A stretch of DNA of 64,000 nt from the human T2T-CHM13v2.0 reference genome, Homo sapiens, in NCBI RefSeq assembly GCF_009914755.1, contig NC_060927.1. The stretch is one strand, 5' to 3'. Below the pieces are notes generated by a model that saw only the letters and a program-made list of their open reading frames with translations, did no database searches and was not told the origin of the DNA. Positions within the stretch are counted from its first letter, which is position 1; the number at the start of each line of letters is the position of its first letter. Positions 35,150-50,961 of the stretch are shown one piece after another. Made by a program: the position numbers and the translations under genes.

Positions 35150-35920
35150 CACTGCCCTGGCCAGAGCCACAGTCATCTCTCACCTGGAACATTGTAGTGG
35201 CCTCCTACTTACTACCTCTGTTTCTACCCTTACTCTCTATGGCTGTGGATGGGACATGGGCATTCAGAATTATAAGATTATCATAGGATAATGGAATGGA
35301 CAGCCAGGTTGAGTGCACTGTTCATGGCCTATGCTCTATCCTGCAGCCAGAATGATCCTTTTACATTATGTATCAGCTCATGTCAGACTTCTACTCAATC
35401 TCTCCTGAAAAAAAAGGAAAAGTGGCTTGCAGGGATCCACATGATGTGGCACCCATTGTATCTCCAAGTTAATTTCCTGCAACCTCTGCTAGGTGACTGC
35501 ATTCCATTAACACGAGCCCCTTCAATATCCCTGGAGCTTCCCTGTCGCAGGGACCTTGTACCTTTGGTTCCCTTCACCTGGAATGCTCTTTCCCATTAGC
35601 TATATGGCTTGTTCCTTCTCCCCCACTCCATTTTGTCTAGATCTTTGATCATATGCCATCTTATCAGGAAGACCTTCCCATCTTCCTTTTCTAAAAATGC
35701 AGCCCCCATCACTCTCCATCACCTTACTTTGCATTATTTTCTTTATCAGCATTTAATTCAACAAATACATAAACATTCTCTATGAATTTGCCATTTATTA
35801 TGTTTCCCTCCCAAGAAAATGTGAAGTCCCTGAGGGCAGAATTTGTTTTGTTTACCCATGGTAGCCCTGGCACCAAGAATGGTCCCTGGCACATAGTAGT
35901 CACTCATGAGTTACACGTGA
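35150..35920 (+). mobile_element. L2 3' region
   Basis: catctctcacctggaacattgtagtggcctcct...cctggaatgctctttccc...cctggcacatagtag. Confidence 0.7.
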
Positions 35921-38555
35921 TAGATGACAAACTACTCCTCTTGGATTCTCTCAGAAACACAAGCTTTCTTCATTATTGAAGGGAGATGTGCAGGCAGCAG
36001 CAGCCTATTTTCTGTCTGTGCAATTGCCCCATATAACTCTCCTGGTAGCCACTTCCTTCCCCTAATTTTAATGGCTGCAGAAAGGAGAAAATTTGATTCA
36101 TTATCTTTACAGACTATCTATCTTCACCAAAGGTTAAAAAGAAGGGTACCCCTCTCAGTTTCTGATAGGGATTGCTTCTATGTGAGTAAAAAGCATAATC
36201 GGTTTTTTGAAAAAATCTGGATGAGTTTTTTGTTTGTTCCATTGGGGAAGTTTTATACTAAGTAGATTAAGGTAAGTGACTTTGAACTTTCAAAGTCTAC
36301 ATCTTAACATTTTATTAAGCTTAATTGGGTTTGTAGAACATTTAAAGACCATCCAAACTTAAGTGGGAGATCAAAATGAGCGAAGAGGCTGATGCAGACT
36401 TTTTTTTTTTTCACCCCTGCCTTTGAGCTGCATTAATGAAAGTGGTGCGCTCCATGCCTGCAGATGATGAGCATGAAAGCCTGGCTTTCCGGGGAGCTCT
36501 GGTGTATTCCAGAACTATGTCACAGCACCTTCCCATGGTTGTCTGTGCCGTGCACCTGGCCTTCAGGACCACCCCAGATTTGGCTCTGCTTCACACTCCT
36601 TGCATCTGAAAAGTAGCTGGGCTCAAGGCAGACCACTGAAAGTTTGTTACGTGGTGCTTCCTAGGGAAGAAACTCCAGTTGTTGGAAATAAAATCCATTA
36701 GGGTACAGAATCTGTTAATGATGGAAATTAGGAGCAATTTGACTGTTGTTCACAGAGGTTTTGCTCTCAGTTAAATGAGCAGTAGCGTAAGGCAGTACTA
36801 ACTGGAATATGCAAGGCCAGGACTTAATTTCCACATGTCATCTCTTTTTTGTGTTTGATTTTCACTGAAACATTTATTCTTCCTATGTTGTAACAGAATT
36901 GTTCAGGAAGTAGCAATGTCATTACTTTCTTTTCACTTAAAATGATCTTTAATTATTAAAGCAATGCTAGTTTGTAAAATGGTATAAAATTTATGAAGTA
37001 AAAAGTATGAGGCCACTTTTAGAAAAAAATAGAATTTTGTGCTACACAAAACCCACAACTTGCTTTTTACCTTTACCAGTACATCATGGATGAGGACATA
37101 GCTGCTGGGTAGCCCACTACACGAATGTACCATGAACTTGTAGCCAGTCAGCTATCAATAAAGACTTAGAATTTAACAGTTTTTGACCTTTACAAGTAAT
37201 GAAGGTGAACATCCTTGTACTTTTAATTGTGTATTTTTGAAAATGTCTAAATCTGAATTCTAGGGCTTCCAGAAAATATGTACTCTCTTCTACCACTTCT
37301 GTCCTTTTTGTTACCTCTTAGTCCCCATAAGCATTTTATTTGTTATTCCAGCTATAAGATAAATGCCTGAGGGTGGAATTACTGTGTGAAAAAAAAACCT
37401 GCAAATATAAAATGCTATTATTAAATTTCTCTCCAAAATATTTCCTACTTTAAAGTAAAATCTCTTTTCTTCTGTGGTCAGTTGAAAGGCATTACTGTGA
37501 GAGATGTAGGACGTGAACCCAGCATCCTTTGATTATGTTTATTTTGTAGGCAGACATGCAACAAGTCATTTTCATGCCATTTCTGCTCAGATAAGGAGGT
37601 CAGTGTACTGGGAGCCAAGGACTACAAATCAGTGGAAATATTGAACATTATTCTGATTTTCTTTCATAAGCAATAAAATAACATACAAACCAATGAAACA
37701 AATATAATACCCATAAACCCCTCAGTACATTACCTGACCCAGGGGATGGTGCTGATTGTAGCAGCCACAGTGGTGGTGGTGGTCGTGGTAGGACTGTGCT
37801 GGTGAGGTAGGGGACATGGTGATGGTTTTCATTATTATGGTTATTGTTAGCATAATTATTCTGAAGCAGCCATGTCTGATCTGAAGTTTGGCACAATTCT
37901 ACTGGTTTTCCAAATAGGTTGCCATCTTTTAAATTAGGAGTTGTAGAAGTTTTGCTGGTGATTCACAGTATTGTTCTGGAGTTTTAACTATGTCTCCAAG
38001 AGAACTCAGTTTATATGAAGGCTCTTCGTCTAGACAGCAGAGGAGGCTGGCACTCACAGCCACTTTTGCTCAAAAATATGGGTTGTTTTGTGTTGGGTCT
38101 TTGCTTATGAAGATAGACTCATAGCTTCATTTCCTCAGAGGCATCTCTTAGGCTTCTTGCTTGCCAAGGAGCCAGTGGGGATACAAGTTTTTGTCGGTCT
38201 AGTGTTTCCCCTTTAAAGAGCTTAAATTTGAAATTAAAGACAAAGATTTATGAGAAAGCATGGGTCTGGTCTCAAGAGACTTGATTCCAGTTCATCCTGG
38301 ATTCTGTGGGTGCTGGCTCTGGGCCTTGGAGCTGGTTGGGATCTTCTGTATTGACCAAACCAGCATCTCCCAAAGGTTGAAAGCAGATACCAGTGCTATC
38401 CTGAGGTCTTAGAAGTCTTCTCTCATGAGCTGCAACTTTGATGAAATGAAGCAAAACACTTAACTGGGCCTCAGTTTCTCCCCTCAATCAGAGATTCTCA
38501 GTTAAGTGCCGACAGTGGACAGGCAGAGAAAGTGAACGGGGGTGCAGCTATATGA

Positions 38556-38896
<341 letters not shown>

Positions 38897-40428
38897 GCTG
38901 GATCTTTGCTTTCTTTTCCCCCCAAGAGAAGCCAGAATCTCCCAATTTAAAAAACAAAACAAAACAAAAACCGTATCCTCACTCCCAAATGTGACTCTGA
39001 TGGGAATGGTGTGGAGAAGAGCCAGAGGACTGGAGAGAGGTCTGTCTGCCTGCCCATCCACCCCAGAAATCCCCTTGCAGGAGCTGTGATAAATAAAGTA
39101 ATGGCCTTACCAAGCACAGATGAGCACAGACTGACATTCCATAATAATAACGTGCATTTACATATCCCTTTAAATTAGGAAGAAACCATTACCTCACAAC
39201 TAGCCTTCAAGTTATAATGCCCAGATTAGAGGATATGCATAATTAAAACAGAATATTCATTTTTATAATCCACTGTAAGCGTTTTTTGTGTTTTTTTTAA
39301 TCTCTTCATGTATTGAGTATCAATGTTCCAAGTGCATTGCTCCATCAGGGCCCAGCCAGGTAAAGGAGACACATCCCTTCCTTCCCTAGTCAACTGGATA
39401 CTCTAGTGGAGCAGATCGACTTCACAGACCAGCTACACAAAATGCTAGCTAACCACAATTGTAGCAAAGGCTGGGGAGGAGCAATAGGAGCACTTGACCC
39501 ATCAGACTAGAGGAGCTGGAAGGACATCACCTGGTAAAGCCTTTGATACCACCTGCTGAGTGTCATTCATCTAATGCCATGTCTTCACTGACCTCAGTCA
39601 CAAAGAGGTGGCCACAGGCTGCACATGGCCCATCCGAAGGGTTTTGTTTGGACTGTGTGGCATTGACCCACATACCATTTTAAATTGAATTAAAGGATTT
39701 TAACCTTTTCATTCCTTATCTTTCTTCCATTTAACCTTAAGTACCATCTGGCAGGTAGGTCATGCTTTGTTTCAAAGAGTTCTGACCTCATAAGAGAGGG
39801 TTGAGAAACCAGTAGAAAATAAGAAAGCCAGGTTTTTACATTTGTTTTTTGCTCTTCAGGAACCAAAAGCTTAGGAAGACTAGAAAGAGTCTCCATAGAT
39901 CTCCTGGCCACAGGCTGTGTCTCTCATCCCAGTTAATTATCTTCTAATATCATGCCAGACACCACAGATGGTAAGAGAGTGTCTGCAGCCTGTCCTCACC
40001 ATTGGAGGGAAATGTCGAGGGTCTTTCAGGGGCATTTTTATTCCCAAGAAGAGCACACTCTGCATTTCCTGTGTGAATGGGGAAAATGCTTGGGGATTTG
40101 GTCCAGACTTAGATGATCCTTGTCCATATGTGTGGAGCAAGCCCAGGCCTGTGAGGCTGCCAGTCTCCCATTCCCAGTTATTCTCTTCTGTTTTGACTTG
40201 CGCACCAAAAAACAACCACCACCAGTGCCATATGGTTTAAAAGATCAAAGGCCCCAATTTTGAGTACATTTCTAGCTGACTATACTTCAGATGTCTTAAA
40301 TATGTTCCTGCAGATGGGAAGCATGGAGCATTAAAGAGGTAAGCCACATGTGTGTGAGCCATGCATGTGATCTGTGCAGGATGGCGAAAAGTGAATGCCG
40401 CTCAGCCATGCGTTTGTCTTCCCTTCAG

Positions 40429-40507
40429 GTTCGCATCTTCACATACCTCATTGGACGAGAGGCTGCGTTTGCAGACAATCTAAAGTGGATGGCCTGTGCC
40501 AACAAAG
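40429..40507 (+). CDS. CACNA2D3: CACNA2D3 internal coding exon (79 nt; VWA-domain region; probably exon 12, numbering from memory)
   Basis: Acceptor tttgtcttcccttcAG ends at 40428 and donor AAG|GTGGGT starts at 40508. Translates [26 protein letters not shown]+G, matching the alpha2delta-3 protein as I recall it. Starts phase 0, ends phase 1. Confidence 0.96.
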
Positions 40508-40640
40508 GTGGGTCTTCGCATTGTGCTCGGCTCTGAATAACTTCCACCTACTTGTGCAGAATTAGGAATATTCATGAGAAAGTAGAGAGTTCTAATAATT
40601 CTAAGATAAAGTCTGGGTATATCTAAGTGATTACTGATAG

Positions 40641-40989
<349 letters not shown>

Positions 40990-41084
40990 CCAAATTTTGA
41001 GGACATAGTCAAGTGGAGTGGTTAAGCCTTTCCACTCTTCTGCTTAGTAGCTGAGTAGCCTTGGGAGAATTGCTATGGCAGAGA

Positions 41085-41490
41085 CATTTACTGTGCATCA
41101 AATATCCGTATGCTCTCTCATCATTCCTAGCCTTCTTGCCTATAGGTGGGGCTTCAAGACTGGTTCTGGCCAATAGGGCGGGAGTGAAATCAACCTGAGT
41201 CATTTCTGGGCTAAAGCATTTGAGAGCTAGTGTGGTGGTGTTGGTACTCTCTTCTGCTCTTGTGAACTCTGAAGGTACATGGTCCAGACAGAACAGTCAC
41301 GAGATGCAGCAGCCTTCATCAGCCTGGGTCCCTGAGTGAGCACATGGAGCAGATGACTTTCACTGCCCCTTGCATCTGCCAACCCACACTGGATTATAAA
41401 TAGTGTTCATGACAAATAAACTTTTATGTTAAGCCACTGAGATTTTTAGTTTGATATGTTCTTATAGCATAACTTTACGTACATTACTAA
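41085..41490 (+). mobile_element. Old MLT1 (MLT1I/J-like) LTR inserted in a MIR
   Basis: agcctgggtccctgagtgagcacatggagcaga...aaataaacttttatgttaagccactgagattt. Confidence 0.7.
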
Positions 41491-41568
41491 TTAAGTTGGT
41501 CAACTTTAACTTGCCTCAATGTTCTAATACTCAAAATGGTAATGGTAATAATAATTCTTCCTTTAATT

Positions 41569-41834
41569 TTTTAACTATCAAATAAAATTATGTATATTTA
41601 TGGTGTAGAACATGATGTTTTGAAGTATGTGTACATTGTGTAAATGACTACATCAAGGTAATTAACATATGTATTGCCTTACATCTTTATTATTTATTTG
41701 TGATGAGAATACCTAAAATCTATTCTTTTAGCAATTTTCAAGTATATAACACATTGTTATTAACTATAGTCACCATGTTATACTATATATCTCTTGAACT
41801 CATTTCTTCTGTCTAACTGAAAGTTTGTATCCAG
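41569..41834 (-). mobile_element. 5'-truncated L1MA 3' end with an intact 14-bp TSD
   Basis: Antisense L1MA 3'UTR (ttaactatagtcaccatgttatac). TSD ttcttcctttaatt at 41555-41568 and 41835-41848. Confidence 0.88.
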
Positions 41835-44800
41835 TTCTTCCTTTAATTCTTATTAACGAAATGGTGCATATTAAGTGCCTCGTTCAATACTAGGACATAA
41901 TAAGTGCTCAATAATCCTTAGCTTTTTTATATTCATAAGGTTAATTGATTACCAATTCCCTGTTGCATGTCAGAAACAAATAGTTTGGGGACAGCACTGG
42001 GAAGGAAGTAATAGGGCTGCCCAGTCTGTGAAGGCCTTCTTTTCATTTTACACATGGCCAAGAAGGCAAAGCATAGCAAGTTAATAGGGAGGAGAGTCCA
42101 GACTCCTTGTATCCAAGTCGTATCCAAGTCGAGCAGTCACTATCCACCAACTATGTGCAAGTTACCAAACCTATCTGGGTAGATCTGAGTCACGTCATCT
42201 ACAGAGCAGAGGTAGTGACAATACCTTCCCCTCACACATGTTGTGGGCATGACATGATGCCATATAAATAAAGTTGGTAGCTTGGCTCTGGTATGTAAGT
42301 GCCCTGAGTTATTCTCTTGTGTTATGTTGATCTCTGGGTCCTGTTGGCCTCCCTTCTGAGGCTACAAGCTCCATGAGAGCAGCCTTTGACTCTTATTTCA
42401 TCTTGGGTGCTCTGACACAGCCCAGCCTCGTACCAGAGTGGGTGCTCCTTTGATGTTTGAAAAAATAGGTAAGTTGACTCTAAGTACTAATAAAGGAAGG
42501 TAGGTCCTGTTGCATAGTAGATTGGTTCAGTGGTCTGCTTTAAATGGGTCTCCTAAGCCATCCTTCATAAAAGTTCCAGTGTTTGGACTTCAGTGGAGAA
42601 AAGAGGACTCAGTGAAGGGTTTGTGGGTCTTAGCTCCAGTTTTGATGGCCTAAGACAAAGTTGTTTTAGGTGCAAGCCACCAAAGTTGTTCCCTGAAATT
42701 AAAAAAGGGGGCATTTTGGAGAGAGGGGGGTGACTGAGAACTCTGGTAGGAAGGGAAGCTTGGGTCTCACAAGGGAGAAGGAAGACGTGTTTGTGTTTTT
42801 CTGTTCCTTCTCAGTTTCTTCTGACATGTCCATGGCATTCTTCTTCCTTGTAGATAGACCTTCCGTACTATGGCATGCATACAGCCAGGAATGGCCACCC
42901 CATACCATGCATGCCCATCCATCCACGCAACAATACTGTGGGCAAGGCACAATATCGGAAAGGAGTATTTATATCTTTTCCGTTTGAGGCTGACTAGCAA
43001 ATCTAAATTCTGATTTCACGTCCTTCTCCTCACCCCTTTGAAGAGATTATGGTACCCAGCTTGGGCCAGTTCTTCCTCCCTGCTGAATTGGGGGTGGGCA
43101 GAGGAAGCCCATGGAGAAATAAATGCTTCTGTGGGGGGGCTCAGCATTGTGGATGGGAGTGTGGGAAAGTTCTCCAAGAATAGGTGAACAGCCAGGCTCT
43201 TAAACCTGCACCCATCTTTCCCTTTGCTTGGCATTTTCTTTAATTATCTGCTTCTATTTGAACAGTCTTTTAAGCAAGGCTCAATTTCCTCATCTACAAA
43301 AGGAAGGGCTGCATGGAAGTTTTTAACATATCCTTGAAGCTCTAAAATAACACCTTCTGCAATTGTGTTTCGTTCATTGTCTGGCTTGCTTCACTAAAAG
43401 GTATCAATAATTCTGCTTGTCTCAGAGTTACACATTTGGCCTCATTTCAGGGAGAACTATAGGAAGAACACAGGCAGAGGAGAGGGAGGCCGAGTAGATC
43501 CCAGATTTCCTCTGAGTGAAGAGGCCTTTCTTGAAATTAGTTTTGGAACTTTGTTGACATTTAAAAACCTTGAGTTAGCTATACTTTTCCCATTTTTTCC
43601 TTTATTCTGTGGTCTTGAAAAAAAGAGTTCCTTTCCATTTTTTAATTTTTTTTAAAAAAATTTGCTGTTATTTCTTGCCACATCAGATTGCAATTCTTCC
43701 ATCAGCTAGTATGCATTTAGTCATGGGTTATTGTTTTTACCACTGTCTGTGTCCAGCTGATGAAAATTACTGAAATTGAAGTCTTGTCTTAATCAACTAA
43801 TATTACACCATAATTTAGTTTTAGTCATTGTTTATAAGAATCTTTGAGGCATCCTTTTGAAGACAGTTTAGTCAACTCAGAGTATTTTAGGGCCTGGCTA
43901 TAGAATATAGCCTTTAGGATTTATAAGTTCTGAGTACAGCAGTGCAGAAAATCCAGGGAGGTAATAGTAGCTGCTTGGCTGGACAGGCTGTGGATTCCAT
44001 AATAATTCTCCTTCCCTTCCTGTCTACATCCAGTTATTTCCCTTCCTACCAGAGTCAGCCCTTCTTGATCGTTTCATCTTCCTCATTCTGCTTCTATGTA
44101 AAGAGCCTTGGGAATGTCACTGTTTGCCACTCTTCAAAGTAGCAATGCCATCAAAATGTGATATTCCAGTCATCTGTGCCCATATAAACATTGGCTTCAC
44201 GTTGCGTCAGTTAAGGGGTTTTGGACCATGTAACATCGGTGAGCAAGTATTCTTCTATGGTCATTAATTAAATCATTGTTTATAGTCTCAGATTGTTATA
44301 GTATGGAGGCAGCATAACATTTTTCATCTCAAGTGTCATGAGGTCCAGAGGGCCCCCTTACATATTTTCACCCTGACTCAGCCAAGTTCTGCAGTGAAAT
44401 GAAGCATTAGCATTCAGGGACCAGAGCAGACCCAAGGAGCGTCGAAGGAGGCAGAACTAACGCACTGGGCCTGACCACAGAATGACCCTGGGAGGGAGCA
44501 AGAATCATGAGGGCTCTCACGTTGTCCCTGAGTTAGTGGTCAAGGACCTGCTATCAGTGCAGGACTTCTTCCTTGGGAGTCTGGTAGCCATGGAGACAGT
44601 TCTTAGCTAGCAGATCTCAGACACTTTCCTCTGGAAATGAATGTCTGGGGACATTCGTACCCCTTGCAATAGTTCTCTGCCTCCTCCAGTCTACCAGCAA
44701 AATCCAGGGAGGCCTGGAGCTTGTGAGTTTATTTCATTTTATGCATAAGTAGGTCCTGTCTTGAGGGAACCAACCCTAATGAGACAAAGCAGCAAGCCAT

Positions 44801-47800
44801 TTTACATACATTAAAACAATCATTACCACTGTAGAATGGCTGGTGGAATTTAAAGTTATGCGTTCACACTATTTCAAAAATAAGCGAACTGGAAAACAGA
44901 AAAGAGGGCCGACTACCGACTAGCCCAGACATTTCACAAAGCCATGGTGACCTTCTCTAACATTCAGTATGCCAAGATTTTAAATAAGCACTGGCTGATT
45001 CTCCTTCAGAAATCACAGTTAATGGAGTGTTTTCCAGCTGTGCAAATAAAGAAGGGCCTCCATGTTTGGGTTCTCAACCGATCAGTCATCGTCAGGTCCA
45101 ATGGAAATGCCACATGTGTTGTCGTCTGCTTAGCTTACCCCTTTTCCATGGGCTAAAGGTCATTCTCTCCTTATCTGAAAGAGAACTGGTGGCCTGAGAC
45201 TTCCTGGAAGGTCCAGCTCCTAATCTTTTTTCAATAAAAAGATTCTTAACCTCATTATATCTTTCCACATGTAGTGTCCCCCAAAAGATAGCTTCACATT
45301 TATGAGGCCGGAATGGTCATAGGCGACAGCAGGAGAAAAGTGGCAATTAAAACATTTTGCTATTTTAAGAGAGGTGAAGGAAGGCACAAACAGCAGCTAT
45401 TTAAATACCTTTTTGTAGTTCATTGCACACATTCCTTAGAATCAGAGATTTTGAGTGGGAATGAAGATGGTGATGCTTGCTGTTACCGTAAAACAGCAAC
45501 TAAGGATGACAAGCTGCTCACTAAGTGCCAGGCATAGAACAGAGTACATCTGTGCATTACCTCTTTTGATCCTCCCAAAGGCTCTATGAGGTACTGTTAT
45601 CATTATTTTTGTTTACAGAGAAGGAAACTGAGGCTGAGCAAGACTAGCACCTTGTTCCAGATTACCAGCCAGCAGGCGGTAGAGCTAGGATTTAGGCCCA
45701 GGTGATCCAAAGCCCCAGCCTGAACTCTTCATCAGATGTAAGGCTGCTTCTCTTTGGAGAGGAGAAAGCTGTGATTCATAGAGAACTCTTACATATCTCT
45801 CTTCATTTGAGGTAATCTAGGAAAAGAAAACTAGAGAGTGAGAAAGGATTTCAATGTGCCATAATTAACAAAGGCCAGAGCTGGGATTTATGCCCAGCCT
45901 GTATGTTCTGGAAATGGCACTGCTTCAGCTTGCACAGTGGTATGGTTCAGGTCCTGATGTTTCAGAGTTGGGGACATTAAGGCTGTAGATAAGACGAGAC
46001 CAGGAGAAACCACAGCAAGGTGTGATGGGTGTAGCCACAGAGCTATAAGAAGGAGACAGCATTCCTATTTCCCCAGTGTGTACCTTTAGATTGTTTTCTT
46101 CTTTTTCTTGTATTTTTAACATGGAGTTAGAAATTAAAATGTAGTCATAGTCACAAAGGAAAAGATGTGTCCCTTGATCTGAGGCTCAAGCTGATTTTGA
46201 GAGCTCTGCTCAGGAGTGCGGTTCTCCCACCAAGACCATTGGGCTCCCTGCCCTCAATGTCCATTCTCTCCAACACCATGAATATGGGTTCTTCTGCTCT
46301 CAGCACTCAACAGACCTCTTGCTTGTTTTTTGTGAAGTCAGAGAAGACAGGGAGGTAGGAAGCTGTTTATAAATTGTACCTTTTTCTATAGAAATAAGTG
46401 TTTTTTTCAGTAGTGTGTGATCTTGACAGGGAGGAGGAGGAAGATGACACAGAACACAGTATTGGGAGCGTCTTCCAAGAACACCGTTGCTCATAGGGAA
46501 TGCAAACCAGGGAAGCCACAGCATCACCTTCACTGCCCTGCTAAATCTCATTCTTACTTCGGCACCCTCTGGAGACTGATATTTTGGTGCTGGCTCTCAG
46601 GTTTTCTGCCTGCCTTGCTTAAGGTGGGAAGAGTCTTTGGAAAGACTCAACAACTCAAAGGAATCAAAGGAAGCTACACCCGTCACTCCAAAGATGGAAG
46701 GAGGACCTCACTATTTGAGGTAGACAGCTAGGATCTGCCCACTGAGGACAGACTCCTGGTACCCTTGGATCTGGTCATTGCAAAGTGGAGTATTTAATGA
46801 TTCACCACAGGAGCTTCTCATGCTCAGGCAGCTTTGAGGCAAAAGACTCTAAAAATCCCCAAGTAAGGGTAATATCTCAGAAACACAAAGCACTGCGTTG
46901 CATATGGTTTATCACATGCAGTATTTGTAACCCAGAGTTCACAGAAGGAGCTCTGCAAGGGAATAAGGTAAATAAATTGATGTTATAGAGAAAAACGAGC
47001 AGACCATTTGTAATAGGTGGCTAACTTCAGCATTAATTGCTCCTTGGTAATTACCGAATCATTGCTGATTCTGTTTTCTTACATGATATATGAGGTCCAA
47101 AAAAGCACATTAAAAAAGAGAATAAACATTCAAGACCTAGAATTTAACAGGAAAAAAACAGAGGGAAAGGGGAGGGAAAGTGGCCAGCTGAGAGAATACA
47201 GAGGGAAAACAAGGGAAGTGTCTATGGTTACAGCCAGATTCTAGCCCTTAGCGATTTCCTATTATCCATCATTTGTTAACTAAAACTTATACTAAGACAT
47301 TTAAAAACCAAAAAAAAAAAAAAGGCTCAGAAAGATTTTAAACTTTAATGAGTTGGAATCAAATGTGCATAAGCTTTGCAGCATACATTGTTATTGTCAA
47401 TATTATTTTTAAAATTTTATCTTTTCTTACCTTTTTATACATCTGCATCCCTGGTCTACATAGTGAAATATAAGTTGGAACTATAGACTGGGGTTTGAGT
47501 AGATCTTTGTTGTTGCTCATTGCTCAAAGGACAGTCATATATTGCCCCATCCCCATCCTCAGAGTTCCCCAGCTACAATACGCAAATAGCCCATTAGAGT
47601 TACCCTCCTGGGGGAGGAGCTCTGAGCTGCTCTCCTGTCCCTTCCCAGCAGCGAAAGAGGCAGTGTCTTCAGTGGTTCAGAGCAAAGGCTTTGGAATCAA
47701 ATGAACCTGGATTCGAATTCATCCAGGACAAATTACTGACTCAGAGTTTGTGTTTCTTCCCCTACACGGTGAGCACATGCTTTGGGCCATTGTGAGGCCC

Positions 47801-47899
47801 ACATGCAGAAAGGCAAGGTGGATCTCAGTAAGACCTCAGTGAATGTTCCCACCTTACTAATGGCTCCTGCATACCTTCCCTCCCTGTTCTTGGAATATT

Positions 47900-48790
47900 G
47901 CTCCCAACAAGGTGGGGATTTTTGAATCATTTCGTGGAGCTAATATTCCAGTTAGAGAGAACACAATAAGCAAGTGAGAATCCAATGATGGATGAGTCCT
48001 CTGAAGGGACTGATGCAGGGTGAAGGGAGAGGAAGTGACTTCAGACAGGAATGTCAGGGAGGGCCTCTCTGAGCTGAGCCCTGAGTGACAAAAAGGAACC
48101 AAACATGGAAAATGGGATAAAGGGTGTCCCAGGCAGAGGGCAGCAAGTGCACAGGCCCTGAGGAGGGGAACGCAGTTGGCATGTGAGAGGCGGGGAAAGA
48201 AGGCCAGCAAGCCTGAACAGTGAGCAAGAGGGAGATGGCAGGGATGAGGTCACCCAGGTAGGTGGAGCCAATTCAGGGAGGGTCTTGGAGGTCAGGGTAA
48301 GACATCTGGATTTTATTTTAACTCTAAATATAAGCTATTGTAGGATTTCAACCAGGAAGATGATGATTTGCTGTGACCTCTTAGACAATCTCTGATGGCT
48401 GTGAGGAGCCTAGACAAGGGGGAGAGGGATTTGTGGGGAGACTCTTGTGGACTCTGGGTGAGAGATGATGGCATCTTGGAGTAGTGAAGCAGTGGAGATT
48501 GGGAAGTGAATTTAGATAGATTTTAGAGATAGGACCAGAAGAACATGCTGGTGTATTACATATGGGGTGGGGTGAGGAAAGGAGGGATATGGAGGATAAT
48601 TATGTTTTGGCCTCTCTGGGAAGTGGTGCCATTTTCTGAGATGAGAATGACCAACTGGGAGAGGAATGGATTTGGGAAGTGAAGTCGGGAGTTGGCTTTG
48701 GATGCATTCGGCCTGAGAATCCTGCTAGTTATCCCTGTGGAGGTGTCGGGTATACAGTTGGCCGTGGGTCTGTCGCTCTGGAGAGAAGTC
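47900..48790 (-). mobile_element. L2 fragment
   Basis: gtcagggagggcctctctgag...ccaggcagagggcagcaagtgcacaggccctgagg. Boundaries approximate. Confidence 0.7.
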
Positions 48791-49919
48791 AGCTTTCTGT
48801 AATCTTTCAGAACCTTGGCTATGATAAGCAAGGACAAGTGGGGATGATTTCTCAGCTCTGCCCTTTTCCAAATGTATGATTGTTTTCCCCCAACTCCCTC
48901 TCTATCCTAATAACCTGTCCCTCCCACCCTCCTCCTTAAATTCATCTTTCTTCCCTTGGCACTGTTTTTGGAAAATCCAAATCAGAGAGCTTTACTGCTG
49001 GCTTTGAGGATTAGATGTGAATACAGGCAACCAAGAAGAACTCCTACAAGATCCTGTCTGGGCCCAAGAGCACAGGCACCTAAACAGAATTGTTTGACAC
49101 TGCAAAGCACTCATCCCTGTATCCTTAAGGTCTGGAGCTATTGAGTTGTGTCTCCCTACTTTACCATGGTAGCACCCCTCTTAGCTTGTCCTCTGTGTCA
49201 AGACCCCTTAACGCAGAGCCCAAGATTTGCCTACTAAAGAAGAGATGAAATATTTTCTTTCTTATCAAACGCTGATTGCAGCCTCCATGCTTGGAGAGAT
49301 GATAACTGTGTATGTGGCATGTTCCCTATCCTCTGGCAATCCTTTTTAAAACCTGTCCTTTCCGACCATGCCTCTAAGAGGAACCATCTAGGAGCATTGC
49401 TAGAGCAGCATTCCAAATGGGTCTCCCTAACTATGGTGCCTGATGGCTGAGAGAGGTGAACATAGGCCCTGCTCCCAGGTCTCAAACTAGGACAGAAACT
49501 CACAGCCTATTCCTTTGGGGCCCTGTTTCCCCTGGGATGGGAAAGGCTCTGACCCAGGCCAGGAGGGTGGGGCAGGCAGGAGTGACAATGCATGCTAATT
49601 AGCACTATGCAGAGCTGTCATCAGGAACCCAGAAGCCACATGGTCCCAACCTGGTTTGGGGTTGGCACACCAAATTCAAACCAGCTGGCCTTTGTTTGGA
49701 AATCCTCTGGGTGGGTCCCGACCCTTTCTGGACAACAGCAGGGCTGGTATTTCCTTACCCTGAGCCCTATTTTAGTCACTAAGAGATTCTATAAACTCTG
49801 GAGCTAGTGCTGTGATGGAGCTGGCCTCAGAGGCACACATACTCTCTTTAATTTGTTTGGCGAGTAGGAGGTGGTATGAGCCTAGGATCCTTATTTAGAG
49901 GCACGGGGAGGAAACAAGA

Positions 49920-50422
49920 ATCTGTGTCCATCCCCTGCTTGAAATCCTTCCCTGACTACCTGCGTATAGGATAAAGTCTAAACTCTTTCCCAAGTTCTGT
50001 GTGACAGTCCTCCTGCCCATTTCTGTCATCTTATGTCATCTTAACTCTACCCTCTCTCTACCAACTCCTTAACTCCAGCCATTCTGAGCTATTTTTAGTT
50101 CCTAGAAGGGGCCTGCTTCTCTCTGATCCTGGGTCCTTATTTATATTCCTTGTTTTGCTGGACACCATCTTTAATCCCAGTTCCTCTGGCTAACTGGTCC
50201 TCATCCTTCAGGTTCTAGCTACACTGACCCTTGCTCAAGGTAACCACATTTGATTGGCTGTGCCTGTTGTAAGTTTTAGCTTAATGTTGAATGTGCCATT
50301 TTGTAATTGTCTGTTTACTCAGAACTGCCAGGCCCCAGGGGGGGCAGGGGTCTTGCTCACCTTGTTAATCGCTGCTTCTTCAATGCTAAACACAAAGGAA
50401 ACCTTCAATAAATGTGTGAATG
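49920..50422 (+). mobile_element. L2 3' end
   Basis: ggataaagtctaaactc...caataaatgtgtgaatgaa terminus. Confidence 0.65.
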
Positions 50423-50633
50423 AAGGGCTCCCTCCAAGGGATCCAGGCCTGTGTTCAGTTCACCCTTTCCCTTTTAACATCTCCTAACCCACAGCAAAGC
50501 TGATGTGACCCCAAGCTCTACAGCAGTACAGGAACATAGCAGCGCCCTGGAACTAAAGACCAAAATAGTGTCACCAATCACAAGACAACAGCATGGTGAG
50601 AATGTTTCTGTTGCTTAGAAATCATGTCTACCT

Positions 50634-50961
<328 letters not shown>

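Noticed and set aside
40348-40536. 62-aa standalone ORF (and the 102-aa ORF at 51968-52276)
   Set aside because: These are exon cores extended into intron. True boundaries are set by the splice sites.
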